This document shows, in pieces, positions 48,896 through 60,159 of a DNA stretch of 64,000 bases (positions are counted from its first letter, which is position 1; every line of letters starts with the position of its first letter). Source of the stretch: Candidatus Dormiibacterota bacterium (GTDB taxonomy: Bacteria; Chloroflexota; Dormibacteria; Aeolococcales; Aeolococcaceae); the NCBI GenBank assembly GCA_963718525.1, contig OY970355.1, forward strand, positions 416,001-480,000, read 5' to 3'. A program made the position numbers and the translations under genes. Under the pieces are notes generated by a model, which worked only from the letters and a program-made list of their open reading frames with translations, did not search any database and was not told where the DNA came from.

Positions 48896-51532
48896 TCAGC
48901 CGAGTGTAGCCGGACGTTCGGACAGCGACGCGACGTCATTGCGTTCGCGCGCATCCGTCCGGCGGAGCAGCAGATCAGCGACCAGCCCGGTCCACCCGGT
49001 CTGATGCGAAGCACCCAGCCCCTGTCCCGTTTCGGCATGAAAATACTCGTGGAACGGGATGGCGTCGTTGAGATCGGGCCGCGTGTAGGGCTTGACACCG
49101 GCCACCACCGGGCGCACGCCGTCAGCATTCTTCAGGAAGATCGAGGCGAGACGTGCGGCGATGTCGTCCGCAACCGCGCCGAGGTGGGCCTGCCGGCCAG
49201 ACCCTCGCGGATATTCGACAGTCCAAGCGTCGCCGAGGAAGCGGTGGTACACGCGAAGCGCCTCGATGATCAGGTGGTTCACGGGAAACCACACTGGACC
49301 ACGCCAATTCGAGTTGCCTCCGTACAGGCGTGACCTCGATTCCGCAGGCTCGTAATCGAGCCGCGCGACGGTGCCACCGAGGTCGACCTCGAGCGGATGA
49401 TCGGCGTGGAACTTGGAGAGCGCGCGCAGGCCGTGATCGCTGAGGAATTCGGAGGAGTCGAGCACGTAGTCCAGGATCCGGCGCAGACGGTCCGGGGCTA
49501 CGATCGCCAGCAGGCGGCTCTCGCGCTGGGTGTCCTCCACCTCCAGCGACACGGCGGCGGCATATCGCGGCTTGAGTGCGATGAACAGCCGCAACCGCTC
49601 GGCGAAATCGGGGAGGCGGCGCAGGGTGTCGTGACCGAGGGTCGTCGCCGCGCAGAGTGGGATGAGCCCGACGATCGAGCGTGCCTGGATTGGAATTCGT
49701 GTGCCGTCGGCGAGATGCCAGCTGTCGTAGTAGAAGCCTGCGTCGTCGTCCCACATTCCCTGCTCGTTCATGGCGGTGGCGATCCCCGCGAAGTGTTCGA
49801 AGAATTTCGTCGCCACGTCCTCGTAGGTGCGATCGAAGGTGGCGAGGATCAGGGCCATCTCGAGGAGGTTGAGCGAATACATGGCCATCCACGCAGTGCC
49901 GTCCGATTGCTCGAGGTGACCACCGGTTGGAAGGAGCACAGAACGGTTGAACGGCCCGATGTTGTCGAGTCCCAGAAAACCGCCTTCGAAGATGTTGTTG
50001 CCCTCGGCGTCCTCGCGATTCACCCACCACGTGAAGTTGATGAGCAGCTTGTGGAAGACGCGGGCCAGGAACTTGTGGTCGGTCGCCCCATCGATCTCGA
50101 ACACCCGCAGCGCCGCCCAGGCATGCACCGGTGGGTTGACGTCGTCGAACGACCACTCATAGGCCGGGAGCTGCCCGTTGGCGTGCATGTACCACTCGCG
50201 ACACAGCAGGATCAGCTGCTCCTTGGCGAATTCGGGATCCACGTGAGCCAGCGCGACGCACTGGAATCCCAGGTCCCAGGCCGCAAACCAGGGGTACTCC
50301 CACTTGTCGGGCATGGACATCACGTCGGCCGCGTCGACATGCCGCCATCCGGAGTTACGTCCCTGGAGCCGCTCCGGTGGCGGCGTGGGTTGGGCCGGGT
50401 CGCCGTCAAGCCAGCGGTTCACGTTGTAGTGGTAGAACTGCTTGCCCCAGAGCATGCCGCTGAGCGCCTGACGCGCCACCAACCGCTCGTCCGTCGTGAG
50501 CCGATCGGCAATCACGCTCGCGTAAAAGGCGTCCGCCTCGGCGCGCCGCAGTTCAAGCACTGCGCTGACCGAGTCGGTGACATCGGCTTCACGACGGCCG
50601 AAGCGAAGCCGGATCGTCGCCGTCGTGCCGGCGTCGATCGCGAGCACGTAGTGCAGCGCCGCCTTGGTCCCAACCTGCGCGGGATTCACGGTCTGCGCGC
50701 CGTGGATCAGGTGGTCGTTGATACCGTCCTTCGGAAAGCTGCTCTGCGACTTCGACCCCCAGAGCCGCTGGGCGTTGGACTCGTTGTCGCAGACGAACAG
50801 GGTGTAGTCGCCGTCTCCAGTGAGGAACATCCGGCCCACCACCGTGTGGTCGGCAACGACCCGATTGTTCTCGACGTGCAGCGCCGGCCTCGTGTCAACG
50901 AGACCCCACGCCCACGTGTTGCGAAACCACAGCGTGGGGAGCACGTGCAGCGTCTGCGCGGTGGCGCCGGCATTGCGCACGCGCAGCTCGAGGACCAGAT
51001 CTTCAGGCGTCTCCTTCGCGTAGTCGACGGTGATGTCCCAGAACCCGTCGTCGAGGACACCCGTGTCGGCGAGCTCGTACTCGGGGTCGAACTGGGTACG
51101 ACGCGCGTTCTCGGCGATCAACTGGTCATACGGGAAGGCGCTCTGCGGATACAGATACCGCCAGCGCATCCACGAGTGGGTCGGCGTCGAATCGACGTAC
51201 CACCAGTACTCCTTGGCGTCCTCTCCGTGGTTTCCCTGCGGACCGGTCAGCCCGAAGATCCGTTCCTTGAGAACAGCGTCGACGCCGTTCCAGAAGGCGA
51301 AGCCAAGACACAGCAGCTGATGCTCGTCGCAGATCCCGCCAAGACCCTCCTCGCTCCATCGGAAGGCGCGCGACCGCGCGTGGTCGTGGGGAACGTAGTT
51401 CCACGCGTCCCCATTGGCGCTGTAGTCCTCGCGCACCGTTCCCCAGGCCCGCTCGCTCAGATACGGACCCCAGCGCCGCCATCCGGCCGGATCGTCGCGA
51501 AGCCGCGCGCGCTCGGCGTCGTCGGTGCTCAC
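48896..51532 (-). CDS. GH63 / MGH1-like glycoside hydrolase (glucosidase)
   Basis: [50 protein letters not shown]...[12 protein letters not shown]. Confidence 0.92.
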   Translation of the reverse strand: MSTDDAERARLRDDPAGWRRWGPYLSERAWGTVREDYSANGDAWNYVPHDHARSRAFRWSEEGLGGICDEHQLLCLGFAFWNGVDAVLKERIFGLTGPQGNHGEDAKEYWWYVDSTPTHSWMRWRYLYPQSAFPYDQLIAENARRTQFDPEYELADTGVLDDGFWDITVDYAKETPEDLVLELRVRNAGATAQTLHVLPTLWFRNTWAWGLVDTRPALHVENNRVVADHTVVGRMFLTGDGDYTLFVCDNESNAQRLWGSKSQSSFPKDGINDHLIHGAQTVNPAQVGTKAALHYVLAIDAGTTATIRLRFGRREADVTDSVSAVLELRRAEADAFYASVIADRLTTDERLVARQALSGMLWGKQFYHYNVNRWLDGDPAQPTPPPERLQGRNSGWRHVDAADVMSMPDKWEYPWFAAWDLGFQCVALAHVDPEFAKEQLILLCREWYMHANGQLPAYEWSFDDVNPPVHAWAALRVFEIDGATDHKFLARVFHKLLINFTWWVNREDAEGNNIFEGGFLGLDNIGPFNRSVLLPTGGHLEQSDGTAWMAMYSLNLLEMALILATFDRTYEDVATKFFEHFAGIATAMNEQGMWDDDAGFYYDSWHLADGTRIPIQARSIVGLIPLCAATTLGHDTLRRLPDFAERLRLFIALKPRYAAAVSLEVEDTQRESRLLAIVAPDRLRRILDYVLDSSEFLSDHGLRALSKFHADHPLEVDLGGTVARLDYEPAESRSRLYGGNSNWRGPVWFPVNHLIIEALRVYHRFLGDAWTVEYPRGSGRQAHLGAVADDIAARLASIFLKNADGVRPVVAGVKPYTRPDLNDAIPFHEYFHAETGQGLGASHQTGWTGLVADLLLRRTDARERNDVASLSERPATLG

Positions 51533-51558
51533 GACGGGTTCGCCGCGCTGATCAGGCT

Positions 51559-52897
51559 CTAGCCCTGCACGGCACGGTCCGCGATCGACAGCGCACCGTC
51601 GATGACCTCGAATCCGTGCGCGAGCTCGTCCTCGCTGATGCACAGCGGCGGGTTGGTATGGATGGAGTTGTTGGAGATCATCGTGTACATGTCGTGCTCA
51701 CGAAGGTACCTGCCGACGGCGGTCATCTCGTCGCAACTCGCGTTGAAGCGGGTCATCGGCGTGTACGGGTCATGTTGCCGCACGAGATCGATGATGCCGA
51801 AGAGGCCGAGGTTGCGATGGGTTCCGACGCTGGGATGCCTCGCGGCCAGACGCTGGTGGTGAGCGCGCAGCACGGAGTCCATCGCAGCCGCGCGCTCGAT
51901 CAACCGATCCTCCTCGTAGACGCGCAGCGTTGCGAGCGACGCGGCAAGGGACACCGGGTGGCTCGAATAGGTGAGCCCGCCGTAGAACATGGTCGAATCG
52001 AACTTCTCGGCGACGTGGCGGCGCATGGCGACAGCGCCCAGCGGGAGGTACGAGGACGTCAGGCCCTTGGCCATGGTCATCAGGTCTGGAACGGTGTCCC
52101 AATGCTCGATGGCGAACCACCTGCCGGTACGTCCGAAGCCCGCCATCACCTCGTCCGCCACCATAAGAATGCCGTGGCGGTCACACAGCTCGCGAACACC
52201 CTGGATGTAACCATCGGGTGGGATCAGGATGCCGTTGGTGCCGACGACGGTCTCGAGGAATATCGCCGCGATCGTGTGCGGTCCCTCATACATGATCACG
52301 TCCTCGAGACCCTGCAGGCTCTCGGCGACTGGGCGCGGCTCGCGCTCACCCCAGCGATGGGTATCGGGATACCTGACCACGCCGACCAGCCCAGGCTCGG
52401 TGGCCCAGCGCCGCGGATCGCCGGTGAGGGTCATTGCACCCATGGTGGCTCCGTGATACGCGCGGTAACGGCCCAGGACCTTGTAGCGGCCCGTGTACTG
52501 GCGGGCGATCTTGATCGCGTTCTCGATCGCCTCGGCACCGCCTAGTGTGAAGAACACCTTGTCCATGTCGCCCGGCAGGAGTGATGTCAACTTCTCGCCG
52601 AGGCGGGCTCGAATCTCGGTGACGAACGCGGGCTGGACAAACTGCAACCTGGTGGCCTGCTCGACGATGGCGTCGATGACGCGCCGGTCACCGTGCCCGA
52701 TGTTCACCGACATCAACTGACTGTTGAAGTCGAGAATGCGCCGTCCTTCGGGGGTGAACAGCCAGAACTCCTTCCGCGTGATCGATCGCGATGGGATCGA
52801 CTGCGCCCTGCACCGACCACGAGAAGAACGTGTGTTCCTTCGACAGCCGCACGATCTCTTCACTGGTCATCCGCTCCTGGGCGACCTGAACCGTCAT
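51559..52897 (-). CDS. Class III PLP aminotransferase (omega-amino acid type; frameshifted as assembled at 52766-52767)
   Basis: N-terminal FFSWSVQ..VDPI.I.HAEG joins LDFNSQLM.VNIGHG, GGAEA.ENA.K, YHG, DEVMAGFGRTG, MAKG after removal of one base. Confidence 0.9.
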
Positions 52898-53007
52898 GTT
52901 TCCCGGACTCCTTCACGTGTGATCTGCATGGCACAGTATGACGGTGCCACGAAGGGACTCCGGCGTCCGAATCCGTGCGGTCGAGCCGCCACTCGCAGCA
53001 TGACGAT

Positions 53008-53979
53008 ATGACTCTGCTCGTCGGAGTCGTCGAGGACGACACACCCACTCGCGAACTGATGACACCAATGCCGGGCGTGCGATATCTGTTCATCGACCCG
53101 TCGGCGGCGCCGCCGTCAGAGCTCGCCGACGTCGACGCGCTGCTGATCTGGAACGTCCGCAGCGCCTACCCGCGCAAGCATTGGAGCAACTTCAAACGGC
53201 TGCGCTGGATCCATTCCGGAACCGCGGGCGTCGAGCGTGTGCTCTTTCCCGAGCTCGCCGGGAGCGACGTGGTGGTCACCAACTCGCGATACATCTTCGA
53301 CCAGGCCCTGGCGGAGTACGCGATCGGGCTGATGCTGGCGCTCTGCAAGGATCTGCCGGCCACGGTGCGTCACCAGACCGAGCATCGCTGGAAGCAGCGC
53401 GAGACCGAATCGCTGTCCGGAAAGGTGGTGCTGATGGTCGGTGTCGGCCCGATCGCGCGGCGAACCGCCCTGCTTGCGAAGGCGATCGGCATGTCGGTGC
53501 GCGGCATCGGTCGGACTGCACGCGCCGGCGATCCCGACTTCGGCGACATCGCCGGCCCCGATGCCCTCCCGGCATTGTTCGCGGAGGCGGACTATGTCGT
53601 GCTGGTCCTTCCCAGCACACCGGAAACGCAGTGCATGGTCGGACGAGCGGCGCTCGGTGCGCTCAAGCCGAGCGCCCGTCTCATCAACGTCGGCCGCGGC
53701 TCCACGCTGGACCAGGATGCCCTCTGCGACGCGCTCCGCGAGGGGCGCATCGCCGGCGCGGCGCTCGACGTCGTGGTCCCGGAACCGCTGCCGGCGGATT
53801 CCCCACTGTGGGACGTGCCGAATCTGATCGTCTCGCCGCACATGGCCGGCGATCGCGCCGGCTGGAAACGCGACGTCGTCGAGCTGTTCTTGAGCAACCT
53901 CGAGCGGTTCCAGCGCAGCGAACCCCTGCTCAACGTCGTCGACAAGAACCTCGGCTACGCGCCATCGGCGAACACGTGA
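53008..53979 (+). CDS. D-2-hydroxyacid dehydrogenase family protein
   Basis: AGVE, TNSR, GVGPI, INVGRG, AALDV..PEPL, SPHMAG. Confidence 0.92.
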   Translation: MTLLVGVVEDDTPTRELMTPMPGVRYLFIDPSAAPPSELADVDALLIWNVRSAYPRKHWSNFKRLRWIHSGTAGVERVLFPELAGSDVVVTNSRYIFDQALAEYAIGLMLALCKDLPATVRHQTEHRWKQRETESLSGKVVLMVGVGPIARRTALLAKAIGMSVRGIGRTARAGDPDFGDIAGPDALPALFAEADYVVLVLPSTPETQCMVGRAALGALKPSARLINVGRGSTLDQDALCDALREGRIAGAALDVVVPEPLPADSPLWDVPNLIVSPHMAGDRAGWKRDVVELFLSNLERFQRSEPLLNVVDKNLGYAPSANT

Positions 53980-54025
53980 CTGGGGCCGCGGTTGCGGAGG
54001 CGCCCTGCGACGCCGCTGCCTGAGG

Positions 54026-54250
54026 TCAGTCCCCGACGGGCTCGCCCGACGCGAAGCTGAGCCCGTGCAAGTCCTCGATCATCCGGTCGGCTAGCCTCAG
54101 AAACCGCCGCGTCCGCCACGCCTGGTCCGGTTCCCCGCCCGTGAGCACCGGAACCGCAGCCTCCTTGATGACCAGCAGCAGCGCCTCGAGATCACGCATC
54201 AGGCGCATGACGCGCGTCCACGCGTCTTCCTGTTCGTCCATTTCACCCAT
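54026..54250 (-). CDS. Hypothetical small helical protein
   Basis: About 74 aa ORF filling an intergenic gap; GAAGGGG before the ATG; amphipathic helical pattern. Confidence 0.5.
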   Translation of the reverse strand: MGEMDEQEDAWTRVMRLMRDLEALLLVIKEAAVPVLTGGEPDQAWRTRRFLRLADRMIEDLHGLSFASGEPVGD

Positions 54251-54391
54251 CCCCTTCCGCCATGCCAGCCGGCAGGCGAGAACATCATCGCACATTTCGT
54301 GGTGCGTTCGGAGCGTTCGATCTTGATTGGAGACCCTGCCGACGCCATGCTGGCCGTCGCAGAGCAGGCCGGCGCCCGGGAATCTCGGCGG

Positions 54392-55492
54392 TTAGAGGTT
54401 GCCCCTCGCCGCCTGCTCGCGCTCGATCAACTCGAACAGGGCTTTGAAATTCCCTTTCCCGAAGCCCTTGCACCCCTTGCGCTGGATGACCTCGAAGAAC
54501 AGGGTTGGGCGATCGCCGACAGGGCGCGTGAAGATCTGCAGCAGGTAGCCGTCGTCATCGCGGTCGATGAGGATGTTGAGCGCACGCAACCTGTCGAGAT
54601 CCTCGTCGATGCCGGCGGCGCGATCGCCGAGCGCGTCGTAGTAGGCGCCGGGGGCGGTGAGGAACTCCACGCCGCGGTCGCGCATCTCCTGCACGGTGCC
54701 GACGACGTCATCGGTGTGCACGGCGATGTGCTGGATCCCGCTGCCACGGTAGTAGTCGAGATATTCCTGAATCTGCGACTTCTTCAATCCGACGTGCGGC
54801 TCGTTGATGGGCATGGTGATCTGCGTGCGCGGATCCCGCGCCACCTTCGAGCGCAGCGCGCTGTACTGGGTGGCGATGTCCTTCTCGTCGAATTCCTGGA
54901 ACACGGTGAATCCGAAGACTTCCGAGTAGAACGAGATCCAGTCGTCCATCTTGCCGGTGTCGACGTTGCCGACCGTGTGGTCGATGAAACGCAGTCCGAC
55001 GCCACCGCCGCTGCGGTTGTCTGCGCGGTATCCCGGCCAGAAGACTCCCGAATACTCGTTGCGCTCGACGAACGTATGGACCGTGTCGCCGAAGGTGGCG
55101 ATCGACGCGGAGGTGACGACGCCGTGCTCGTCCTCCGAACGAGTGGGCTCGGCGATGCTTCGCGCGCCCCGCGCGGTGGCTGCTGCGTACGCCGCGGTGG
55201 CGTCCTCGACCCGCAGCGCGATGGTCCGGACACCGTCGCCGTGGAGCCGCACGTGGTCGGCGACTTCACCCTCGGGCTGCAGCGGCGCCGTGAGGACCAG
55301 GCGGACCTTGCCCTGCTGGAGGACGTAGCTGGCCCGATCACGAATGCCGGTCTCCGGCCCGGCGTAGGCGATCACGTCGAAGCCGAAGGCCTGACGGTAG
55401 TGGTAGGCCGCCTGGCGCGCGTTGCCGACCCACAGCTCAACGTGATCCGTGCCTTCGAGCACCGGTACGGCGACATCGGCGACCTGGACCAT
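54392..55492 (-). CDS. hppD: 4-hydroxyphenylpyruvate dioxygenase
   Basis: [60 protein letters not shown]. Confidence 0.96.
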   Translation of the reverse strand: MVQVADVAVPVLEGTDHVELWVGNARQAAYHYRQAFGFDVIAYAGPETGIRDRASYVLQQGKVRLVLTAPLQPEGEVADHVRLHGDGVRTIALRVEDATAAYAAATARGARSIAEPTRSEDEHGVVTSASIATFGDTVHTFVERNEYSGVFWPGYRADNRSGGGVGLRFIDHTVGNVDTGKMDDWISFYSEVFGFTVFQEFDEKDIATQYSALRSKVARDPRTQITMPINEPHVGLKKSQIQEYLDYYRGSGIQHIAVHTDDVVGTVQEMRDRGVEFLTAPGAYYDALGDRAAGIDEDLDRLRALNILIDRDDDGYLLQIFTRPVGDRPTLFFEVIQRKGCKGFGKGNFKALFELIEREQAARGNL

Positions 55493-55577
55493 GTGGTTCT
55501 ATTGTAGGTGTATGAGATCGAGCGTCCAGATCGATCCCGGTGCGGGGAGCGGCACATCCGGGGATGGGGCACACGCG

Positions 55578-56516
55578 GTGGCGGACCAGCGTGAAGCCGA
55601 GTTTCAGGCGCTGATCGACGCGGATCAGCGGATCGAACCGCGCGACTGGATGCCCGACGCCTACCGGGCCACGCTCGTCCGCCAGATCGCCCAGCATGCC
55701 CACTCCGAGATCATCGGCATGCAACCCGAGGGCAACTGGATCACGCGAGCGCCTTCGCTGCGCCGCAAGGCGATCCTCATGGCCAAGGTCCAGGACGAAG
55801 CCGGTCACGGCCTCTACCTCTACTGCGCTGCCGAAACACTCGGCATCGATCGTGCCGAGCTCATCGAGCTGCTGCATCAGGGCCGTCAGAAGTATTCGAG
55901 CATCTTCAACTACCCCACCCTCACCTGGGCGGACGTCGGAGCGATCGGCTGGCTCGTCGACGGCGCCGCGATCACCAATCAGATTCCGCTCTGCCGTTGC
56001 TCGTTCGGACCGTACGCGCGGGCGATGGTTCGCGTCTGCAAGGAGGAGTCGTTCCACCAGCGCCAGGGGTTCGAGTCGCTCTATGCGCTGTCGCACGGAT
56101 CGCCCGAACAGCATCAGATGGCGCAGGACGCGGTCAACCGCTGGTGGTGGCCGTCGATCGAGATGCTCGGTCCACCCGACGCGGACTCGGCCCACAGCGC
56201 GCAATCGATGGCCTGGGGCATCAAGCGCTTCACGAACGATGAGCTGCGTCAGCGCTTCGTCGACATGGTCGCCCCGCAGGCCGTGGTGCTCGGCCTGACG
56301 CCTCCCGATCCGGAGCTGCGTTGGAATGAGGAGCGCGGCCACTACGACTTCGGCGCACCCGACTTCGAGGAGTTGCGCCGCGTGGTCGGCGGTGATGGGC
56401 CGTGCAATCGCCAGCGCGCCGCGCACCATCTGAAGGCACACGAGGACGGTGCCTGGGTCCGCGAGGCTGCCGCCGCGTACGCCGCCAAGCACGCGGCGAC
56501 CAGCACCGCAGCATGA
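55578..56516 (+). CDS. paaA: Phenylacetyl-CoA 1,2-epoxidase subunit A
   Basis: [45 protein letters not shown]; start uncertain (55512 is an alternative). Confidence 0.95.
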   Translation: MADQREAEFQALIDADQRIEPRDWMPDAYRATLVRQIAQHAHSEIIGMQPEGNWITRAPSLRRKAILMAKVQDEAGHGLYLYCAAETLGIDRAELIELLHQGRQKYSSIFNYPTLTWADVGAIGWLVDGAAITNQIPLCRCSFGPYARAMVRVCKEESFHQRQGFESLYALSHGSPEQHQMAQDAVNRWWWPSIEMLGPPDADSAHSAQSMAWGIKRFTNDELRQRFVDMVAPQAVVLGLTPPDPELRWNEERGHYDFGAPDFEELRRVVGGDGPCNRQRAAHHLKAHEDGAWVREAAAAYAAKHAATSTAA

Positions 56517-56803
56517 GCCCGGAAACGCCAGTCCCCTTGTGGGAGGTCTTCATCCGTAGCAAGCGGGGGCTGGCGCACAACCACGTGGGCAGCCTCCACG
56601 CCCCCGACGCCGAGATCGCGCTGCGCAATGCGCGTGACGTCTACACCCGGCGCATGGAGGGTGTGAGCATCTGGGTCGTCCCCTCGGCCGCAATCACGGC
56701 TTCATCGCCGGACGAGAAGGACTCGTTCTTCGACCCCGCCGGGGACAAGCCGTACCGGCATCCGACGTTCTACGCGATACCGAAGGAAGTGCAACAGCTG
56801 TGA
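56513..56803 (+). CDS. paaB: Phenylacetyl-CoA 1,2-epoxidase subunit B
   Basis: [41 protein letters not shown]. Confidence 0.95.
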   Translation: MSPETPVPLWEVFIRSKRGLAHNHVGSLHAPDAEIALRNARDVYTRRMEGVSIWVVPSAAITASSPDEKDSFFDPAGDKPYRHPTFYAIPKEVQQL

Positions 56804-57564
56804 CCGCCGTGGTCGCCGGCGCGCCGGCCGTGTACGGCCTGCGCGTCGCCGACGACTGCCTGGTGCTCTCACACCGGCTCGCGCAGTGGTCGTCATGTGC
56901 TCCGACGCTCGAGGACGACGTTGCGCTCACCAACATCGCCCTCGATCTGCTTGGCCAGGCGCGCGCGATGTACGCGCGAACCGCCGAGCTCGACGGGACG
57001 GGACGGGACGAGGACGACTACGCCTTCATGCGTGGCGAGCGGGAATTCGTGAATTGCCTGCTCGTGGAGCAGGAGAACGGAGACTTCGCGACGACGATCG
57101 TCCGCCAGCTGCTCTGCTCGACATACCAGCTGGCGCTCTGGCAGGCGCTGACAGCCTCGACGGACGAGCAGATCGCTGCCATCGCCGCCAAGGCGGTCAA
57201 GGAGACCGCGTACCACCGCGACCACGCCACCGACTGGACGCTTCGCCTGGGTGATGGGACCGACGAGAGCCACCGCCGCATGGAGAGCGCACTCGCCGCC
57301 CTCTGGCCGTTCACCGCCGAGCTCTTCGAACATGATGCCGTGACTCGTGAGGTGACAGGGCTGGGCGTCGGTCCCGACCCGGACGGTCTTCGCGCCGCGT
57401 GGGACGCATACATCAGCCGGGTGCTCGGCGACGCCACGCTGGTGATTCCCAAGGCGAGCTGGAAACCGACCGGCGGCCGGGAAGGGCTGCACACCGAGGC
57501 GTTTGGGTACATGCTGGCTGAGATGCAGCATCTCCATCGCTCGTTTCCCGGGGTCGTCTGGTGA
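56800..57564 (+). CDS. paaC: Phenylacetyl-CoA 1,2-epoxidase subunit C
   Basis: APTLEDDVAL.NIALDLLGQ, NGDFA, KAVKE..YH, RLGDGT.ES, GGR.G.HTE, EMQ. Confidence 0.95.
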   Translation: MTAVVAGAPAVYGLRVADDCLVLSHRLAQWSSCAPTLEDDVALTNIALDLLGQARAMYARTAELDGTGRDEDDYAFMRGEREFVNCLLVEQENGDFATTIVRQLLCSTYQLALWQALTASTDEQIAAIAAKAVKETAYHRDHATDWTLRLGDGTDESHRRMESALAALWPFTAELFEHDAVTREVTGLGVGPDPDGLRAAWDAYISRVLGDATLVIPKASWKPTGGREGLHTEAFGYMLAEMQHLHRSFPGVVW

Positions 57565-58040
57565 CCGTCATCGACGAGATCCGCCGCGTCGCGGGTGCGA
57601 TACCCGACCCGGAGATGCCCGCCCTGACCATCGCCGATCTGGGCATCCTTCGCGATGTCCGCATCGACGCGTCCGGTCATGTCGACATCGACATCACGCC
57701 GACGTACTCGGGGTGTCCGGCGCTCGACACCATTCGCGAGGATGTCGAGCGGCGCATTCGCGAGCAGGGCTACGCCGACGTGGCGGTACGTGTGGTGCTG
57801 TCGCCCGCGTGGACGACGGAGTGGATGTCGGAGGCCGGCCGGGTCAAGCTCCGCGAATACGGCATCGCGCCACCGCGACGGCAGCACTTCGAGGTCACCT
57901 CCCTCCGGGTCGCCGTCGAATGCCCGCAGTGCACCTCGACGCGCACCCACGAACTCGCGCACTTCGGGTCGACGCAGTGCCAGGCCGTGCGTCAGTGCGA
58001 TGCGTGCGGCGAGACGTTCCCGCACTTCAAGGAGCATTGA
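57561..58040 (+). CDS. paaD: Phenylacetyl-CoA epoxidase maturation subunit
   Basis: PDPEMP.L.I.DLG, TPTYSGCPA, PAWTT.W, CPQC.S, FGST.C, C..C.E.F..FK. Confidence 0.93.
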   Translation: MTVIDEIRRVAGAIPDPEMPALTIADLGILRDVRIDASGHVDIDITPTYSGCPALDTIREDVERRIREQGYADVAVRVVLSPAWTTEWMSEAGRVKLREYGIAPPRRQHFEVTSLRVAVECPQCTSTRTHELAHFGSTQCQAVRQCDACGETFPHFKEH

Positions 58041-58044
58041 AGGC

Positions 58045-59160
58045 TTGACCGTCTCGCCGGTTGCGGAAGCCTCCGCAGGACATCGGCGCGCAACCATCCA
58101 TCCCCTGCGGGTGAAGGCGGTCGAGCCGCTGACCGATGACTCGGTGGTCATCGAGTTCGATGTTCCGCCCGAGCTGGCCGGTGAATTCTCGTTCACTCAT
58201 GGGCAGCACGTGTCGCTGCGGTGCGAAGCCGCCGGAGACGACACCAGGCGCAGCTATTCGATCTGCGACGCCGCCGGCTCCGGACGCCTGCGCGTTGCGG
58301 TGAAACGACTACCCGGCGGGATCTTCTCCGCGTTCGCGCTCGAGCAGCTGCGAGCCGGCGACATGGTCGAGGCGGTGACCCCGATCGGTCACTTCAACAC
58401 GCCGCTGGATCCGAGCCGCTCGACCTCCTACGCGATGATCGCGGCGGGCAGCGGGATCGCGCCCATCCTCTCCAATCTCAGCACCATTCTTGCGGTCGAA
58501 CCACACAGCACAGCGACACTGATCTACGGGAACCGGACGGTCAAGGACATCATGTTCCTCGAGGAGCTCGAGGACCTGAAGAACCGCTACCCGGAACGGT
58601 TCGCGCTGTACCACGTGCTGTCGCGGGAGGAGCAGGAGGTGCCGCTCTTCCACGGACACATCGACGGCGAGCGCCTGAACATGTTCCTTGACCAGCTCGT
58701 CCTGCCCGAGGACATCGACGAGTGGTTCCTCTGCGGACCGCGTGAGATGATCGACGCCGCGCGAGCGGTGCTGCTCGAGCGCGGCGTCGAAGCCGACCAT
58801 GTGCACGCCGAGCTGTTCCACGCCAAGGATGCGCAGCGCCCGAGCGCTGCCGAGCACCACGTCGCGGCGGGCGGCGCCGATGCTGCCGAGGTGACCATCA
58901 TGCTCGACGGACGCAGCTCCACCTTCCCCGTGGACCCGGACGGCGAGCGGATCCTCGACGCTGCACTGCGAGTCCGATCCGACGCTCCATACGCGTGCAA
59001 GGGCGGTGTCTGCGGCACCTGTCGCGCAAAGCTGATCAGTGGCAGCGTCGAGATGGATCAGCACTTCGCGCTCGAACAGCGTGAGATCGACGCGGGATTC
59101 GTGCTCGCATGCCAGTCGCATCCCACCACGCCGAAGGTCGTTCTCGACTTCGATCAGTGA
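58045..59160 (+). CDS. paaE: Phenylacetyl-CoA epoxidase reductase subunit
   Basis: RRSYSIC, AAGSGI.P, YGNR, LCGP, ELF, ACKGGVCGTC ferredoxin; TTG start inferred. Confidence 0.93.
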   Translation: MTVSPVAEASAGHRRATIHPLRVKAVEPLTDDSVVIEFDVPPELAGEFSFTHGQHVSLRCEAAGDDTRRSYSICDAAGSGRLRVAVKRLPGGIFSAFALEQLRAGDMVEAVTPIGHFNTPLDPSRSTSYAMIAAGSGIAPILSNLSTILAVEPHSTATLIYGNRTVKDIMFLEELEDLKNRYPERFALYHVLSREEQEVPLFHGHIDGERLNMFLDQLVLPEDIDEWFLCGPREMIDAARAVLLERGVEADHVHAELFHAKDAQRPSAAEHHVAAGGADAAEVTIMLDGRSSTFPVDPDGERILDAALRVRSDAPYACKGGVCGTCRAKLISGSVEMDQHFALEQREIDAGFVLACQSHPTTPKVVLDFDQ

Positions 59161-59184
59161 ACCGAGGTCGCGCGAAGCGGATCG

Positions 59185-60159
59185 CTACTCGATGATCGGC
59201 GTCAGCCACTCCGCGTAACGGTCGTTCTCCCCTTTGCAGGCCCCAAAGTAGAGGTCCTGGAGCTTGCGTGTCACTGGACCTGGCGCTCCGGAACCGATCG
59301 TGCGCCGGTCGATCTCGATCACCGCAGAGACCTCCGCGCCGGTGCCGCAGAGCAGGACTTCGTCGGCAACGTACAGCTCGCTGCGATCGATGGTGCGCTC
59401 GACCACCGCAACTCCAAGCTCGTCACTCGCAAATTGCATCAGCACGGAGCGGGTGATGCCCTCGACGATGTTCTCCGAAGCGGGCGGCGTGATCAGCCGG
59501 CCACGCCGGAGGATGAACAGGTTTTCCGCGCTGCCCTCACACACATGTCCTTCCTGAGTCATCAGGATCGCCTCGTCGAACCCGTTGAGGAACGCCTCGG
59601 TCTTGGCGAGCGCGCTGTTGATGTAGATCCCGGTCGCCTTGGATCGTGCCGGCGCAACGTTGTCGTCGATGCGCCGCCAGCTCGACACCTGGCAGCGGAT
59701 GCCGCCCGTGGTGTCGACGTATGCGCCGAACGGCACCGGGACGATCATGAAGCCGTCACGCAGGTTGTGGAAACGAATGCCGATCTCCTCATTCGCCTTG
59801 AACACGAGCGGGCGGATGTAGACGTCGCTCCGAAAGTTGTTGCGGCGCATCAGCTCGACGGTGATCTCGCACAGCTCGTCGACGGGATGCGGTAGCTCCA
59901 TGTGCAGCATGTGTGCATTGACGGTCATGCGCGCGAAGTGGTCGGCCATCCGGAACACATTGATCCGATGCTGGCGCTCGCTCCAGTACGCCCGAATGCC
60001 CTCGAAGCAGCCCGTCCCGTAATGCAGCGCGTGGGTGAGCAGGCCGAGGTGCGCATCTCCATACCTGCGGAGCTCGCCATCGAAGTAGACCCACGTGTCC
60101 GCCTGCGCACGGCGCAGTTCGGCGGGGGCGATGGTTGCCTTGGTGGGAACTTCAGTCAC
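59185..60159 (-). CDS. ilvE: Branched-chain amino acid aminotransferase (class IV)
   Basis: THALHYGTGCFEGIR, YIRP, KATG.Y.NS, EGSAEN, GITR, GTGAE. Confidence 0.92.
   Translation of the reverse strand: MTEVPTKATIAPAELRRAQADTWVYFDGELRRYGDAHLGLLTHALHYGTGCFEGIRAYWSERQHRINVFRMADHFARMTVNAHMLHMELPHPVDELCEITVELMRRNNFRSDVYIRPLVFKANEEIGIRFHNLRDGFMIVPVPFGAYVDTTGGIRCQVSSWRRIDDNVAPARSKATGIYINSALAKTEAFLNGFDEAILMTQEGHVCEGSAENLFILRRGRLITPPASENIVEGITRSVLMQFASDELGVAVVERTIDRSELYVADEVLLCGTGAEVSAVIEIDRRTIGSGAPGPVTRKLQDLYFGACKGENDRYAEWLTPIIE

Noticed and set aside
49397-51562. Long antisense or alternate-frame ORFs (also 10122-11756, 22183-23580, 54299-55507 and others)
   Set aside because: They shadow well-supported genes, as expected from high-GC codon bias.
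37900-52770. Phosphorothioate GAAC/GTTC motif or programmed frameshifting as the cause of the frameshifts
   Set aside because: One site reads GAAG, the corrected sequences contain no GAAC, and there are no slippery runs. The three genes are unrelated, so shared recoding is unlikely.
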